This document shows positions 26,950 through 37,038 of a stretch of 64,000 nt of DNA, piece by piece. The position numbers were made by a program, and so were the translations under genes. Positions within the stretch are counted from its first letter, which is position 1, and each line of letters opens with the position of its first letter. The DNA is from Campylobacteraceae bacterium (GTDB lineage Bacteria > Campylobacterota > Campylobacteria > Campylobacterales > BB28): contig JADGEE010000001.1 in assembly GCA_016744535.1 (NCBI GenBank), forward strand, positions 7,284 to 71,283. The letters run 5' to 3'. Under the pieces are notes generated by a model. That model was not told the origin of the DNA. It saw only the letters and a program-made list of their open reading frames with translations, and did no database searches.

Positions 26950-26978
26950 TTGACTTTTATCGGTATATTTTATATAAT
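26950..26978 (+). promoter_or_regulatory. near-consensus sigma70 promoter facing the 64-aa ORF
   Basis: TTGACT (26950-26955), a 17-nt spacer, then TATAAT (26973-26978). It starts 9 nt beyond the XRE start codon. Confidence 0.45.
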
Positions 26979-27066
26979 TATTTATATTACCAATAAAATA
27001 AATTAATAAAGTCTATAACCTTAAATTTTAGCAAAATTAGGCAAAGTATTTAATAAAAGGAAAAAA

Positions 27067-27261
27067 ATGCAAGATAAAAATGAGAAAATTATAAAAGTAT
27101 TGGAAAAAATAGAGGTAGAATTAATATTTTTAGAAAATATGACTGTTTGTGTAGCTATAAGTGACTTTAAGTTAGATTCAAGTGATATGTTGGGGTTTAG
27201 TTCATTTATGGGTAGAATAAAAAAAGATATACAAGAGTCAATGGAAATTTTGTCATGTTAA
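27067..27261 (+). CDS. 64-aa hypothetical protein divergent from the XRE regulator
   Basis: ATG preceded by AAAAGGAAA. No recognisable motif. Confidence 0.35.
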   Translation: MQDKNEKIIKVLEKIEVELIFLENMTVCVAISDFKLDSSDMLGFSSFMGRIKKDIQESMEILSC

Positions 27262-27292
27262 AAAATAAAAGAGGTTAAAGTCCAGCCTCTTT
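27259..27292 (-). terminator. intrinsic terminator of prfA overlapping its stop codon
   Basis: On the minus strand: AAGAGG, an 11-nt loop, CCTCTT, then TTATTTTTT. The left arm lies inside the last prfA codons. Confidence 0.45.
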
Positions 27293-28342
27293 CATACTCT
27301 CTGCTTGATAATGTGCTACGCACGGGTCAATTATCTCATCAAAAAGTCCATTTAACATAATCTCTTCTAATCTATAAAGAGTTAAGCCTATTCTATGGTC
27401 TGTTATTCTATTTTGAGGGTAATTATAAGTTCTAATTCTGCCACTTCTATCACCAGTTCCAACTTGTGATTTTCTATCAGCTCCCTCTTTTTCAGCTTTT
27501 TCTTGCATCTCTAAATCATAAAGTCTAGCTTTTAAAACTTTCATAGCTTTGTCTTTATTTTTGTGTTGCGATTTTTGGTCTTGATTTGTAACTACAATTC
27601 CACTTGGTAAGTGTGTAATTCTAACAGCACTATCTGTTGTATTAACACTCTGCCCACCACAACCACTTGAACGCATTACATCTATCTTTAAATCATTTGG
27701 ATTTATCTCAATTTCAACATCATCAACCTCAGGCATAATTGCTACTGTAACTGCTGATGTGTGAACTCTACCTTGTGTTTCAGTCTCTGGAACTCTTTGA
27801 ACTCTATGAGTTCCACCTTCATATTTAAGTCTACTATATACCTGCTCACCCTTAAATAGTGCTATAACTTCTTTAAAGCCTCCAGCAGTACCTTCACTTG
27901 AACTCATAAGCTCAACTTTCCAACCTCTATTTTCTGCATATCTAAGATATGTTTTCAGTAGATTTCCTACAAATAAAGAGGCTTCATCTCCACCAGTTCC
28001 AGCTCTAATTTCAAGATAGATATTTTTATCATCATTTGGGTCTATTGGGATGAGTAAAACTTTTATATCTTCTTCTAATTTAGGTTTTTGAGGTTCAAGT
28101 TCTTTTAGCTCCTCTTTAGCAAGCTCACCTAACTCATTATCATCTAATAGAGATCTGTTTTCATCAATTGAATCACAAACTTCTATATACTCTTTAGCTT
28201 TTTCAACTATTGGTAAAATATCGGATTGTTCTTTTGACAAGGTTGTCATTTTCTTAATATCGCTGACAATTTCGGGAGAACTTAAAAGAGAGTTTATCTC
28301 TTCATACCTTTTAATAAAAGGTTCTAACTTAGATTTTAACAA
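27275..28342 (-). CDS. prfA: peptide chain release factor 1
   Basis: [20 protein letters not shown] (GGQ motif). RF1-type tripeptide region [15 protein letters not shown]. Confidence 0.95.
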   Translation of the reverse strand: MLKSKLEPFIKRYEEINSLLSSPEIVSDIKKMTTLSKEQSDILPIVEKAKEYIEVCDSIDENRSLLDDNELGELAKEELKELEPQKPKLEEDIKVLLIPIDPNDDKNIYLEIRAGTGGDEASLFVGNLLKTYLRYAENRGWKVELMSSSEGTAGGFKEVIALFKGEQVYSRLKYEGGTHRVQRVPETETQGRVHTSAVTVAIMPEVDDVEIEINPNDLKIDVMRSSGCGGQSVNTTDSAVRITHLPSGIVVTNQDQKSQHKNKDKAMKVLKARLYDLEMQEKAEKEGADRKSQVGTGDRSGRIRTYNYPQNRITDHRIGLTLYRLEEIMLNGLFDEIIDPCVAHYQAESMKEAGL

Positions 28343-28347
28343 GTTTA

Positions 28348-28614
28348 TTAACTTGCTATATTATTAACAAGCTTATTTAATCTACTAACTTTTCTTGCAG
28401 CTGTATTTTTTTTAAGTATCCCTTTGCTTATACATTTATGGATAAACTTATTTGCAATTTTAAAAGAAGTATTTGCTTTTTCGCTATCATTTCCAGCTAC
28501 ATTAGCTTCAACTTCTTTAACTATATTTTTAAGTCTTGTTTTATAGAATCTATTTCTTTCTGTCTTAACCGCTGTTTGTAAAACTCTCTTTTTAGAAGAT
28601 TTATGATTTGCCAT
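28348..28614 (-). CDS. rpsT: 30S ribosomal protein S20
   Basis: [14 protein letters not shown]...RNR. A basic 88-aa protein. Confidence 0.9.
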   Translation of the reverse strand: MANHKSSKKRVLQTAVKTERNRFYKTRLKNIVKEVEANVAGNDSEKANTSFKIANKFIHKCISKGILKKNTAARKVSRLNKLVNNIAS

Positions 28615-28704
28615 TTTGTTGTAATCCTTGTTTGGAATTTTTTTAGCTGGAATTATATCTAAATTTTAATAAAAATGATTTTAAAATAGTTATTTTTATT
28701 TAAT

Positions 28705-29397
28705 TTAAGATAAACAATTTATAACCATTATCTTATCTCCTCTCTTTAGAAATTCAAAACTGACTTTTTTAATTTTTACATCAAAGTCTCTCTTTAACTC
28801 ATCCATTATTTCATAAACTAATGGGGATAAATTTTTTTCCTCATTAACTCTTGAATTTTTAAAATCAATTAGTGGGAATATTCTAACTTCATTGGAGACT
28901 CTAAGCATCTCTAAAATTGCTTTTAAGTGAAATTCTAAATCAAATCTATCATCATATAAAAAGAGTAAATGACTAGATAGTGCCAAATCAAAAGAGTTAT
29001 CTTTAAAATTTAAATTTAATAAATTCGTCTCTTTATAATTATTTTTTTCATCATTTAAAAATTTTTCTAGTGCATCTTCTCTATGAGTTCTATGTGTTTT
29101 AATATCTTTATAAAACTTAAAACTATTATTATCCATCCAACTCACATCTCTATAAATATCATCTATCGTTTTTAAAGCTTGATTTTTAATTTCATTTTTA
29201 GTAAATTTATAAATTATATCACCACCAACTGCACTAATTCCATTCTCATTTGCTTCTGCTACAAATGAAGAGACACCAGATGGGCAATCTAAAACTTTTT
29301 TATCTTTAAGTGAATTTAAATCCAAATCAAAAAAAGCTTTATATTCACTCAAAGTTCTACCAGTTATCATAATTTCATTTAAATTTAAAGTAGCCAT
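28705..29397 (-). CDS. SAM-dependent methyltransferase (class I-like)
   Basis: Motif I-like VLDCPSGVSSF and a later LALSSHLLFLY block. Confidence 0.5.
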   Translation of the reverse strand: MATLNLNEIMITGRTLSEYKAFFDLDLNSLKDKKVLDCPSGVSSFVAEANENGISAVGGDIIYKFTKNEIKNQALKTIDDIYRDVSWMDNNSFKFYKDIKTHRTHREDALEKFLNDEKNNYKETNLLNLNFKDNSFDLALSSHLLFLYDDRFDLEFHLKAILEMLRVSNEVRIFPLIDFKNSRVNEEKNLSPLVYEIMDELKRDFDVKIKKVSFEFLKRGDKIMVINCLS

Positions 29398-29400
29398 ATT

Positions 29401-30009
29401 TTAAACTTTTAATTGAGAAAATTTTCTCATCTCAATTGCACTTAATTTATCTATCTCACTTCCTCTTGTCTCTAAATGCTCTATTATCATATTAAATCGC
29501 TCTTTTGGTAAGTGTTGTCCTAATTTAAATTTAGCTCTTATCTCATTTGGATTTAATTTAAAAATTTCAGTTGCATTTATCACTTTTGAATATACTTTTT
29601 CGCTTAATGGAATATATTTACCCTCTGGTTGAAATTTTTTCATTAAAGCCTCTAATATAAAAACTTTTTTTTCATACTCTTTTATAAACTCTATCTCTCC
29701 ATCAATTGAAATTGATTTAAAAAAGTGTGTTGTAGGAGAGGCTAAACCATCATTTGAGCTAAAATATGATTGAATAATAGAGTATGGTAAAACTACATTA
29801 AGTGATGCGTTTGGGTTTGATTTTATATATTCAATTTTTTTACCACTTTTTGATCCGTGAAAGTAAAAGATTTCATCAACATATACAAAATTTATCGGTA
29901 CACTATAAGGTTTATTATCTGCACATAGTGCTAAAGTTCCATATTCAGCCTCTATTAACACATTTTCTATAATTTTTTTATCTTTTATCTCAAATTCACT
30001 TCGTTTCAT
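29401..30009 (-). CDS. pyridoxamine 5'-phosphate oxidase-fold flavoprotein (Pyridox_ox_2 / NimA-like family)
   Basis: The N-terminal I..VL.EAEYGTLALC...PYSVPINFVY...IYFHGSKSGKK pattern is typical of this family. Confidence 0.6.
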   Translation of the reverse strand: MKRSEFEIKDKKIIENVLIEAEYGTLALCADNKPYSVPINFVYVDEIFYFHGSKSGKKIEYIKSNPNASLNVVLPYSIIQSYFSSNDGLASPTTHFFKSISIDGEIEFIKEYEKKVFILEALMKKFQPEGKYIPLSEKVYSKVINATEIFKLNPNEIRAKFKLGQHLPKERFNMIIEHLETRGSEIDKLSAIEMRKFSQLKV

Positions 30010-30011
30010 AT

Positions 30012-30452
30012 CTACTCCTTTGTGAAAATTTTCTGTATATCTTGATTTTTAAAAATTGCCATTGCTGTTGTCATCTCTTTAAATCCAAATTGTTTATAAA
30101 ATTCCTCTTTATTAGGAACTGCATATAGTATTATTTTTTGATACTCCTCTATTTTTGATAAGATATGTTTTATCATCTTTTGACCATATCCTAATCCGTG
30201 ATAATTAGGCAGAAGTACAACATCACATAAAACTGAACAATCAACTCCGTCAGAGACAACTCTACAAGCACCAATTAATTTGTTTTTATCATATAAAAAA
30301 ACTCTATACATACTGTTTTCAAATGCAATTTTTAACTTTTCAGGCTCTCTTTTACCAAGAGGTGCTAACTCAATTACTTTTGCTAAATCATTAAAATTAA
30401 CTTTTGAAATATCTTCTATAATTTTAATTTTCATATTTTTCCTTGAATTCAT
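30012..30452 (-). CDS. GNAT family N-acetyltransferase
   Basis: VLLPNYHGLGYGQKMIKHIL (acetyl-CoA P-loop-like Q/RxxGxG/A) and FYKQFGF. Confidence 0.8.
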   Translation of the reverse strand: MNSRKNMKIKIIEDISKVNFNDLAKVIELAPLGKREPEKLKIAFENSMYRVFLYDKNKLIGACRVVSDGVDCSVLCDVVLLPNYHGLGYGQKMIKHILSKIEEYQKIILYAVPNKEEFYKQFGFKEMTTAMAIFKNQDIQKIFTKE

Positions 30453-30963
30453 AACTTAATATACTCATCATAAAAGCACTCCAATACTCTCCCTCGACTC
30501 TAATAACTTCTCTCAAAAGTCCCTCTTTTTTAAATCCAAATTTTTCATAAGATTTAATTGCACTTTTATTAAAATCAAATACGATAAGTTCTACTCTATG
30601 TAGTTTTAATTCATTAAAAGCTTTACTAAGCATTAGTTTTAACATCTTTTGATTAAATCCTTGTTTTTTATACTTATCAACTATTAAAACTAATCCTAAA
30701 GTTGCACTTCTAAGAGCATAATTTATTTGATAAAAAGCTATGTTTCCTATAAATTCACCACTGCTATTTAGCATTTTAAAGAAAAATCTTAAAGGATATG
30801 GACTATTTAACTCTTTTTCATACTCTATTACATATTTCGCAAAATTATCCCTATTAAATGGATACTCAAAAATATTTGCAGAAAATTGATATTGTAATTT
30901 TTTAGATTTAATATAAGGTTGTATAAAATGAAAATCATTAATTTCAATTGGCAATAATTTCAT
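30424..30963 (-). CDS. GNAT family N-acetyltransferase (RimJ/RimL-like)
   Basis: VDKYKKQGFNQKMLKLML...HRVELIVFDFNKSAIKSYEKFGFKKEG. Confidence 0.8.
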   Translation of the reverse strand: MKLLPIEINDFHFIQPYIKSKKLQYQFSANIFEYPFNRDNFAKYVIEYEKELNSPYPLRFFFKMLNSSGEFIGNIAFYQINYALRSATLGLVLIVDKYKKQGFNQKMLKLMLSKAFNELKLHRVELIVFDFNKSAIKSYEKFGFKKEGLLREVIRVEGEYWSAFMMSILSYEFKEKYEN

Positions 30964-31571
30964 TTTACTATTTTTAATTTATCAGGCAAATTATATTTTA
31001 ACTCATTTAAATCTTTTGCATTTTTTAAAGATTCAACTACATTCTTATCAGGATTTATAAAAATAGTTTTATAGTCAATTTCACCAAAATTTTTACGAAC
31101 TTTAAAAGCTAATTGCTCATTTGGTGGAATAAACTTAGCATTAACACTATCTTTATTTCCTCGTGCGTCAATTCGTATCCATTTATCAAACTCTTTGACA
31201 TAAACAGCGTTTAAGCCGTGTAGACTCTTATACTCTAAATCACTATCATCAAAAACTAAAAGTTGATAACAAAAACCACTAGGAATATTTAAATATCTTA
31301 AAATTGATGCTAAAAGATGACTTTTTGCAAAGCAAATTCCCTCTTTAGATTCTAATACTTCACTTGCACTACAAGTGCTAACTTTACTATTTATATCAAA
31401 AGAGTGAGTAATTTCATCTCGTACAAATTCATATACAGTTTTTATTAACTCTAAGCCACTTAAAGTTTTAAAATTTTGTGAAATTTTTTGTATGTTTGGA
31501 TTAAAATAATCAACTATTTCACTACTAGCTAAATAAACATTTAAATTATCATTTTGTGTAATTAATTGCAT
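30960..31571 (-). CDS. transglutaminase-like cysteine peptidase superfamily protein
   Basis: Core KEGICFAKSHLLASILR...H...D pattern (Cys-His-Asp order). Confidence 0.65.
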   Translation of the reverse strand: MQLITQNDNLNVYLASSEIVDYFNPNIQKISQNFKTLSGLELIKTVYEFVRDEITHSFDINSKVSTCSASEVLESKEGICFAKSHLLASILRYLNIPSGFCYQLLVFDDSDLEYKSLHGLNAVYVKEFDKWIRIDARGNKDSVNAKFIPPNEQLAFKVRKNFGEIDYKTIFINPDKNVVESLKNAKDLNELKYNLPDKLKIVK

Positions 31572-31781
31572 AATTTTTCCTTAAATTAATAAAAAATCTA
31601 ACAGTAATAAAAATTAAGAATAATTAAAAAAGTTGTGTTAAGATTTACCTGAGCCAAGAAGTGATAAGCAGTTTATAAGTGTTTAAATGATGATATTTCA
31701 TAATATAGCCTTTCATAAAATTAAGCTAAAATTATACTTTTAAAATCTTTTATTGTCAATAAATAATGATTTAGGAGTAAA

Positions 31782-32636
31782 ATGCTTTATGTAATACCAA
31801 AATTTTTTTATAATAATGAGATGATACTAGATATTGATGGTTTATCTTATACCAAGTGGATTCAGTATAAAAAAGCTATTAAAAATGAAGTAAAAATAGA
31901 GCAAAATATTTTAATTTTTGTAATAAAAGGTGAAAAAGTTATTCACGCAGATAAAGATTTTTATATTAAAAGTAATTCTGCACTTTTTTTGAAAAAAGGA
32001 AATTATGTAATGAGTGAAATTTTATCACTTAAAGAGGGGTTGTATGAAGCACTTATATTTTTTTATGAAGAGAAACTTTTGAAAGAAATTATTTTAAAAT
32101 ATCCTAAAATTAAAGAGGAGTTATCAACATATAAAAATAGCTCAAATATATTTCAAGTAGATATAACTTCTTATATGAAAATTTCAATTGATTCTATGAT
32201 TTCAATTTTTACTCAAAAAGATATAGATAAAAATATTTTAAAATTAAAATTTGAAGAGTTTTTTTTAAATTTAATAAATTCAAATGCAAAAGAGGAGTTT
32301 TTAGGATTTTTAAATGAAATTTTGCAATCAAATAATTTAAAAAATTACATTGAGAGTAATATTGATGAGTTTAAAAGTATTAAAGAGATTGCAATAAAAC
32401 TAAAAATTAGTCAAAGTCAATTTAGAAAAGAGTTTAAAGAGGCATTTGGAATCTCTCCTAAAATATGGTTTGACAAAAAAAAACTTGAAAGAGCAAAAGT
32501 TCTTTTAACTACTACAAACTTAAATGTGACAGAGGTTTGCTTTGAAGTTGGGTTTGATAATATTTCTTGGTTTATTCAAAGATTTAAGAAAGAGTTTGGG
32601 ATAACTCCAAAACAGTTACAAAAAATTAAAAACTAA
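31782..32636 (+). CDS. AraC family transcriptional regulator
   Basis: C-terminal dual HTH: IKEIAIKLKISQSQFRKEFK...TTTNLNVTEVCFEVGFDNISWFIQRFKKEFGITP. Confidence 0.85.
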   Translation: MLYVIPKFFYNNEMILDIDGLSYTKWIQYKKAIKNEVKIEQNILIFVIKGEKVIHADKDFYIKSNSALFLKKGNYVMSEILSLKEGLYEALIFFYEEKLLKEIILKYPKIKEELSTYKNSSNIFQVDITSYMKISIDSMISIFTQKDIDKNILKLKFEEFFLNLINSNAKEEFLGFLNEILQSNNLKNYIESNIDEFKSIKEIAIKLKISQSQFRKEFKEAFGISPKIWFDKKKLERAKVLLTTTNLNVTEVCFEVGFDNISWFIQRFKKEFGITPKQLQKIKN

Positions 32637-32714
32637 CAAAAATATCTCCTTTTCTGATAGATTTAAATTATAAAAAATTATAAAATTTATATTATAAAAA
32701 AACAGGGAGATTTT

Positions 32715-33542
32715 ATGAAAAAATTATTAATTTCATTAATTTTTATTACAATAAGTTTTGCAAAAGAGATTGGAGGGTTTAGTTCACCTGAATCAATTAT
32801 TAGTAATGAGAAATTTATTTATGTTTCAAATGTTGGTAAAGAGTTAAAACCAATGGCAAAAGATGGAGATGGATTTATCTCTAAACTCTCAAATGATGGA
32901 AAAATTTTACAACTGAAATTTATTGATAATTTAAATGCACCAAAAGGCTTATGTATTATTGATAATATTATATATACAGTTGATATTGATAAGCTTTTAG
33001 GATTTGATTTAAAGAGTAAAAAAGAGGTTTTTAGTTTAGAGATAAAAGGTGTTAAATTTTTAAATGATATAACAAAAAAAGATAATAATACTCTATTTGT
33101 TTCTGAAACAATAAGTGGAAGTATTTATAAAATTTATTTAAAAAATAGAAGCTATGAGAAATTAAAAATAGAAAAGATAAAAGGTGCAAATGGAATTTTT
33201 TATTTAAAAAATAAATTATATATAGTAGGTTTTGGAGAAGAGAATAAGCCAAATGGAAAAATTGGATTTATAGATTTAAAAAATTTAAAATTTAAAAAAC
33301 TTAGTAATTATAATGGTTATTTAGATGGATTATTTATAAAAGATAATAAAATTTATTTTAGCAACTGGGTAGCATTTGAGAAAAAAGGGGTTATAAAAGT
33401 GTTAAATAATTCAAAACTTACAACTTTAAAGTTAGACTTAGTAGCAGGTATGGCTGATTTTTATATAGATTCTAAAAATAGGTTATTAATTCCAAAAATG
33501 ATGGAAAATAAAATTTTAATTACTAAATTAAAAGGAAAATAA
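32715..33542 (+). CDS. secreted beta-propeller-like protein (SMP-30/gluconolactonase/LRE-like, tentative)
   Basis: Signal peptide. Repeated short beta-strand blocks (PESI..., YVSN, APKGL, LNDI...). Confidence 0.35.
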   Translation: MKKLLISLIFITISFAKEIGGFSSPESIISNEKFIYVSNVGKELKPMAKDGDGFISKLSNDGKILQLKFIDNLNAPKGLCIIDNIIYTVDIDKLLGFDLKSKKEVFSLEIKGVKFLNDITKKDNNTLFVSETISGSIYKIYLKNRSYEKLKIEKIKGANGIFYLKNKLYIVGFGEENKPNGKIGFIDLKNLKFKKLSNYNGYLDGLFIKDNKIYFSNWVAFEKKGVIKVLNNSKLTTLKLDLVAGMADFYIDSKNRLLIPKMMENKILITKLKGK

Positions 33543-33548
33543 TAAATT

Positions 33549-33974
33549 ATGAATGTTGAAAATTTTTTTAAAATAGATGATAAAATTTACACATCAGGAC
33601 TTCCTAATATTAATGATTTTGAGTGTATAGCAAAAAAAAATTTTAAAATAGTTATATCTTTAACTATGCCAACGGATTCAAAAGTTATAAAAAATGAAGA
33701 ACAAATACTAACTAAACTTAATATTACTTATATACATATTCCTGTAAATTTTTATAAGCCAAAAATAGAAGATTTTAAAATATTTCTCAAAATAATTAAT
33801 ATATTTAAAGATGAAAAATTGTGGATACACTGTACTAAAAATTATCGTGTTACTACTTTTATTTATCTTTACAAATTAATAGAATTAAAAGAAGATGATA
33901 AAAAGCTATTAGAAACATTTTGGAAACCAAATGAGACTTGGCAAAAATTTATTAAAGATGTAAGGAATAGTTAG
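33549..33974 (+). CDS. DUF442 / dual-specificity-phosphatase-fold protein
   Basis: IYTSGLPN...ISL...Y.HIPV...WIHCTKNYRV (HCxxxxR-type loop). Confidence 0.45.
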   Translation: MNVENFFKIDDKIYTSGLPNINDFECIAKKNFKIVISLTMPTDSKVIKNEEQILTKLNITYIHIPVNFYKPKIEDFKIFLKIINIFKDEKLWIHCTKNYRVTTFIYLYKLIELKEDDKKLLETFWKPNETWQKFIKDVRNS

Positions 33975-34024
33975 TTTTTTTGGAATAAATATTGCTTTTT
34001 TTAATAAAAAAATGGAGTTCTATA

Positions 34025-35380
34025 ATGATGAAGAATTTTTTAATAATAATTTTAATTATTTTCACACTAAATGCAGAAGATGATTTAAACTTTTTAAAGT
34101 TTATAGAAGCTGTCATTAATGGACATCAAGAGGCTGTTTTAGTAGTAATATCTTCAGATGAAATTGATATAAATAGAGGTGTAAAATTAGCAGGACTTGA
34201 GGGAATGACAGCACTTATGATTGCAACTTCAGAGAATCATATAAATATAATTAAAGATTTAATTTATGCAGGTGCTAGGATAGATTTAACTGATAAAGAT
34301 AATAGAACTGCCTTAATGTATGGAAGTATAGGAGGTAAAACAGATGCTGTAAAAGCTTTAGTTAAAGCAGGGGCTAAGATAAATATAAAAGATAATTATG
34401 AGATGACTCCACTTATGTATATTGCAAAAAATAGAAAAAGTGAAACTAAAGATATTGTAAATATAGTTAAGTTTTTAATAGAAGGTAGTGCTGATATAAA
34501 CGCAAAAAATATAGATAAAAAAAGCTCATTTATGTTGGCTGCTGAGGGTGGAAATTTAGAAGTGATAAAGGTTTTAATTGATAAAGGTGCTGACATAAAT
34601 TTAGTTGATAAAAATTATAGAAGTACCCTTATGTTGGCTTCTGAAGAGGGTAATAATGAAATTGTTAAGTTTTTACTAGAAAAAAATGCAAGTATAAATT
34701 CACAAGATAAATATGGTTTTAGTGCTATGCTTTTAGCAACAAAACCAAAAAATGTAGATACTATAAATTTACTTCTTTATAATGGGGCAAATCCAAATAT
34801 TAGTAATAATTTTGGAATAACACCACTAATTAGAGCTAGTGAAATAGGTGATTTTGATATAGCAAAATCTCTTATTGAGTATATGGCTGATATTAATGCT
34901 AAAGAGTTTAAAAGTTTAAAAACACCGCTTATTATAGCTTCAGATAAAAATTATTCTAAAATAGTAAAGCTCTATTTAGAACAAGAGTTAAATATCAATA
35001 AAAAAGATAGAGAAGGTGAGAATGCGTTAATTAAAGCTGTTAAAAATGGATATGTAAATATAGCAAAAATTTTAATTAACGATAAAAGAGTAAATTTAAA
35101 TGATAAAAACTCTAAAGGTTTGACACCATTAATAATAGCTTTAAATCAAGCAAGTAAGCAAAAAGAATTGAAATTAATAGAGAGAGAGAAGAGTTATAAA
35201 AATATCGCTACTCTATTAATTAATAAAGGTGCAGATGTAAATATAAAATCATCTGAGGGTTGGAGTGCTATTAATATTGCAATTGAGAATCAATATAATA
35301 ATATTGCCAAATTAATTATGACTAAATTTAACGAACAAAATTTAAGTATAAATGGATATAAAAATGATACAAAAAACTAA
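34025..35380 (+). CDS. secreted ankyrin-repeat protein (about 11 ANK repeats)
   Basis: Signal peptide MMKNFLIIILIIFTLNA. Reiterated G.T.LM.A...G....VK.L...GA.IN repeats. The ATG at 34025 follows a GGAG SD. Confidence 0.8.
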   Translation: MMKNFLIIILIIFTLNAEDDLNFLKFIEAVINGHQEAVLVVISSDEIDINRGVKLAGLEGMTALMIATSENHINIIKDLIYAGARIDLTDKDNRTALMYGSIGGKTDAVKALVKAGAKINIKDNYEMTPLMYIAKNRKSETKDIVNIVKFLIEGSADINAKNIDKKSSFMLAAEGGNLEVIKVLIDKGADINLVDKNYRSTLMLASEEGNNEIVKFLLEKNASINSQDKYGFSAMLLATKPKNVDTINLLLYNGANPNISNNFGITPLIRASEIGDFDIAKSLIEYMADINAKEFKSLKTPLIIASDKNYSKIVKLYLEQELNINKKDREGENALIKAVKNGYVNIAKILINDKRVNLNDKNSKGLTPLIIALNQASKQKELKLIEREKSYKNIATLLINKGADVNIKSSEGWSAINIAIENQYNNIAKLIMTKFNEQNLSINGYKNDTKN

Positions 35381-35846
35381 TGCTAAACAAGATTCTTTAA
35401 TCTTCAATATTTTTGAAAAAATTCATTATAGAGATGCATTTCAAGTATCTTTTAATAAAAATACATTTAAAAATATAGATGATTTTGCAAAATACTATTT
35501 TATATCTCAACCTAGTTGGTTAAGACTTATTAGTATGAATATGATTAAAATTCAAACAGTAAAAAATAATTTAAAAAAATCAAATTTAAAAATAGATACA
35601 ACTATTGGTTCTTGGAAAATATTTAATAGAAACGATAATGAGATAGTATTTGGTGATTCAATGGGATTTATGGACTACAGATTTTCTATGAGACTAGATA
35701 AAAGTAATATTGATAATATTGAAGTCTCAACTGTTGTTAAATTAAATAGCTATATGGGTAAATATTATTTTTATTTAGTAAAATTAATGCATACAAAATT
35801 TGTTACTTTATCACTAAAAAGTGTAACAAAACAAGTTAAATATTAA
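35352..35846 (+). CDS. DUF2867-like protein
   Basis: DAFQV...W...G.WKIF.RNDNEIVFGDSMGFMDYRFSM...Y.GKYYF.L.K..H resembles the DUF2867 pattern. It overlaps the ankyrin gene end. Confidence 0.4.
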   Translation: MDIKMIQKTNAKQDSLIFNIFEKIHYRDAFQVSFNKNTFKNIDDFAKYYFISQPSWLRLISMNMIKIQTVKNNLKKSNLKIDTTIGSWKIFNRNDNEIVFGDSMGFMDYRFSMRLDKSNIDNIEVSTVVKLNSYMGKYYFYLVKLMHTKFVTLSLKSVTKQVKY

Positions 35847-35937
35847 ATTTTATAAAAAAATTAATTTTTTATCAATGATATATTTAAACTTCTTTTCTAT
35901 ATAATTCTTCCCTAATTTTTAAAGAGGTCAAAAATAG

Positions 35938-36957
35938 ATGATAGATAGAAAAAAGATTTATAACCCAAATAGTTTTGAAAGTGTGAATGATAGGAAAATT
36001 TTTGGAGGTAACCCAACCGGAATTTTTGAATTAAATAAGATAAAGTATCAGTGGTCTTATAAACTATGGGAGATGATGCTTGCAAACTCTTGGTTTCCAA
36101 AAGAAGTAGATATGACACCAGATGCAAGAGATTATAAAATTTTAACAGAATCTGAAAAGTTAGCTTATGATAAAGCGTTAGCTCAACTAATTTTTATGGA
36201 TAGCTTACAAACTAATAATTTAATTGATAATGTGAATCCTTATATTACTGCACCTGAAATAAATTTGTCACTAGTTAGACAAGCTTACGAAGAGGCTCTT
36301 CACTCACAAAGTTATGCTGTAATGGTTGATAGTATCTCTACTAATAGTGATGAGATATATGAGCTTTGGAGGAGTGATGAGAAACTAAAGTCTAAAAATG
36401 ACTATATTGCAAAAGTTTATGAAAACCTTTCAGCAAATCCAAGTGAAACAAATCTTGTAAAAGCTATGTTTGCAAATCAAATTTTAGAGGGAATCTATTT
36501 TTATAGTGGATTTACTTATATTTATACACTTGCAAGAAGTGGTAAAATGTTGGGTTCTGCTCAAATGATTAGGTTTATTCAAAGAGATGAAGTAACTCAC
36601 CTTTTACTTTTTCAAAATATGATTAATGCACTTAAAAAAGAGAGAGGAGATTTGTTCACTCCAGAATTAATTGATGATGTATATGAGATGTTTGAAAATG
36701 CAGTTGAGCTTGAAGTATCTTGGGGAAAATATATCACAGGTGGACAAATTTTAGGATTAACAAATGATATAATTGAAGAGTATATAAAATATTTAGCTGA
36801 TGATAGATTAAATGCGGTAGGATTAAAAAAATTATATAATGTAAAACATCCAATTAAGTGGGTTGATAGTTTTTCTAAATTTAACGAACAAAAATCAAAC
36901 TTTTTTGAAGCAAATGTAAGTAACTATGCAAAGTCATCTTTAGTTATGGATTTTTAA
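35938..36957 (+). CDS. nrdB: ribonucleoside-diphosphate reductase subunit beta (class Ia)
   Basis: Di-iron ligand blocks EEALHSQSY and [10 protein letters not shown]. Full-length collinearity with R2 proteins. Confidence 0.95.
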   Translation: MIDRKKIYNPNSFESVNDRKIFGGNPTGIFELNKIKYQWSYKLWEMMLANSWFPKEVDMTPDARDYKILTESEKLAYDKALAQLIFMDSLQTNNLIDNVNPYITAPEINLSLVRQAYEEALHSQSYAVMVDSISTNSDEIYELWRSDEKLKSKNDYIAKVYENLSANPSETNLVKAMFANQILEGIYFYSGFTYIYTLARSGKMLGSAQMIRFIQRDEVTHLLLFQNMINALKKERGDLFTPELIDDVYEMFENAVELEVSWGKYITGGQILGLTNDIIEEYIKYLADDRLNAVGLKKLYNVKHPIKWVDSFSKFNEQKSNFFEANVSNYAKSSLVMDF

Positions 36958-37038
36958 AATCTTTATTTGAATTTTATGCAAATAAAGATAAGATTTGCTA
37001 AAAAGTCTTACGAAAGAGAGCCTATTTAAAGGATAGTT

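Noticed and set aside
27275-28342. Programmed +1 frameshift as in release factor 2
   Set aside because: The gene is RF1 (PxT-type tripeptide region, a single uninterrupted frame). No frameshift site is present.
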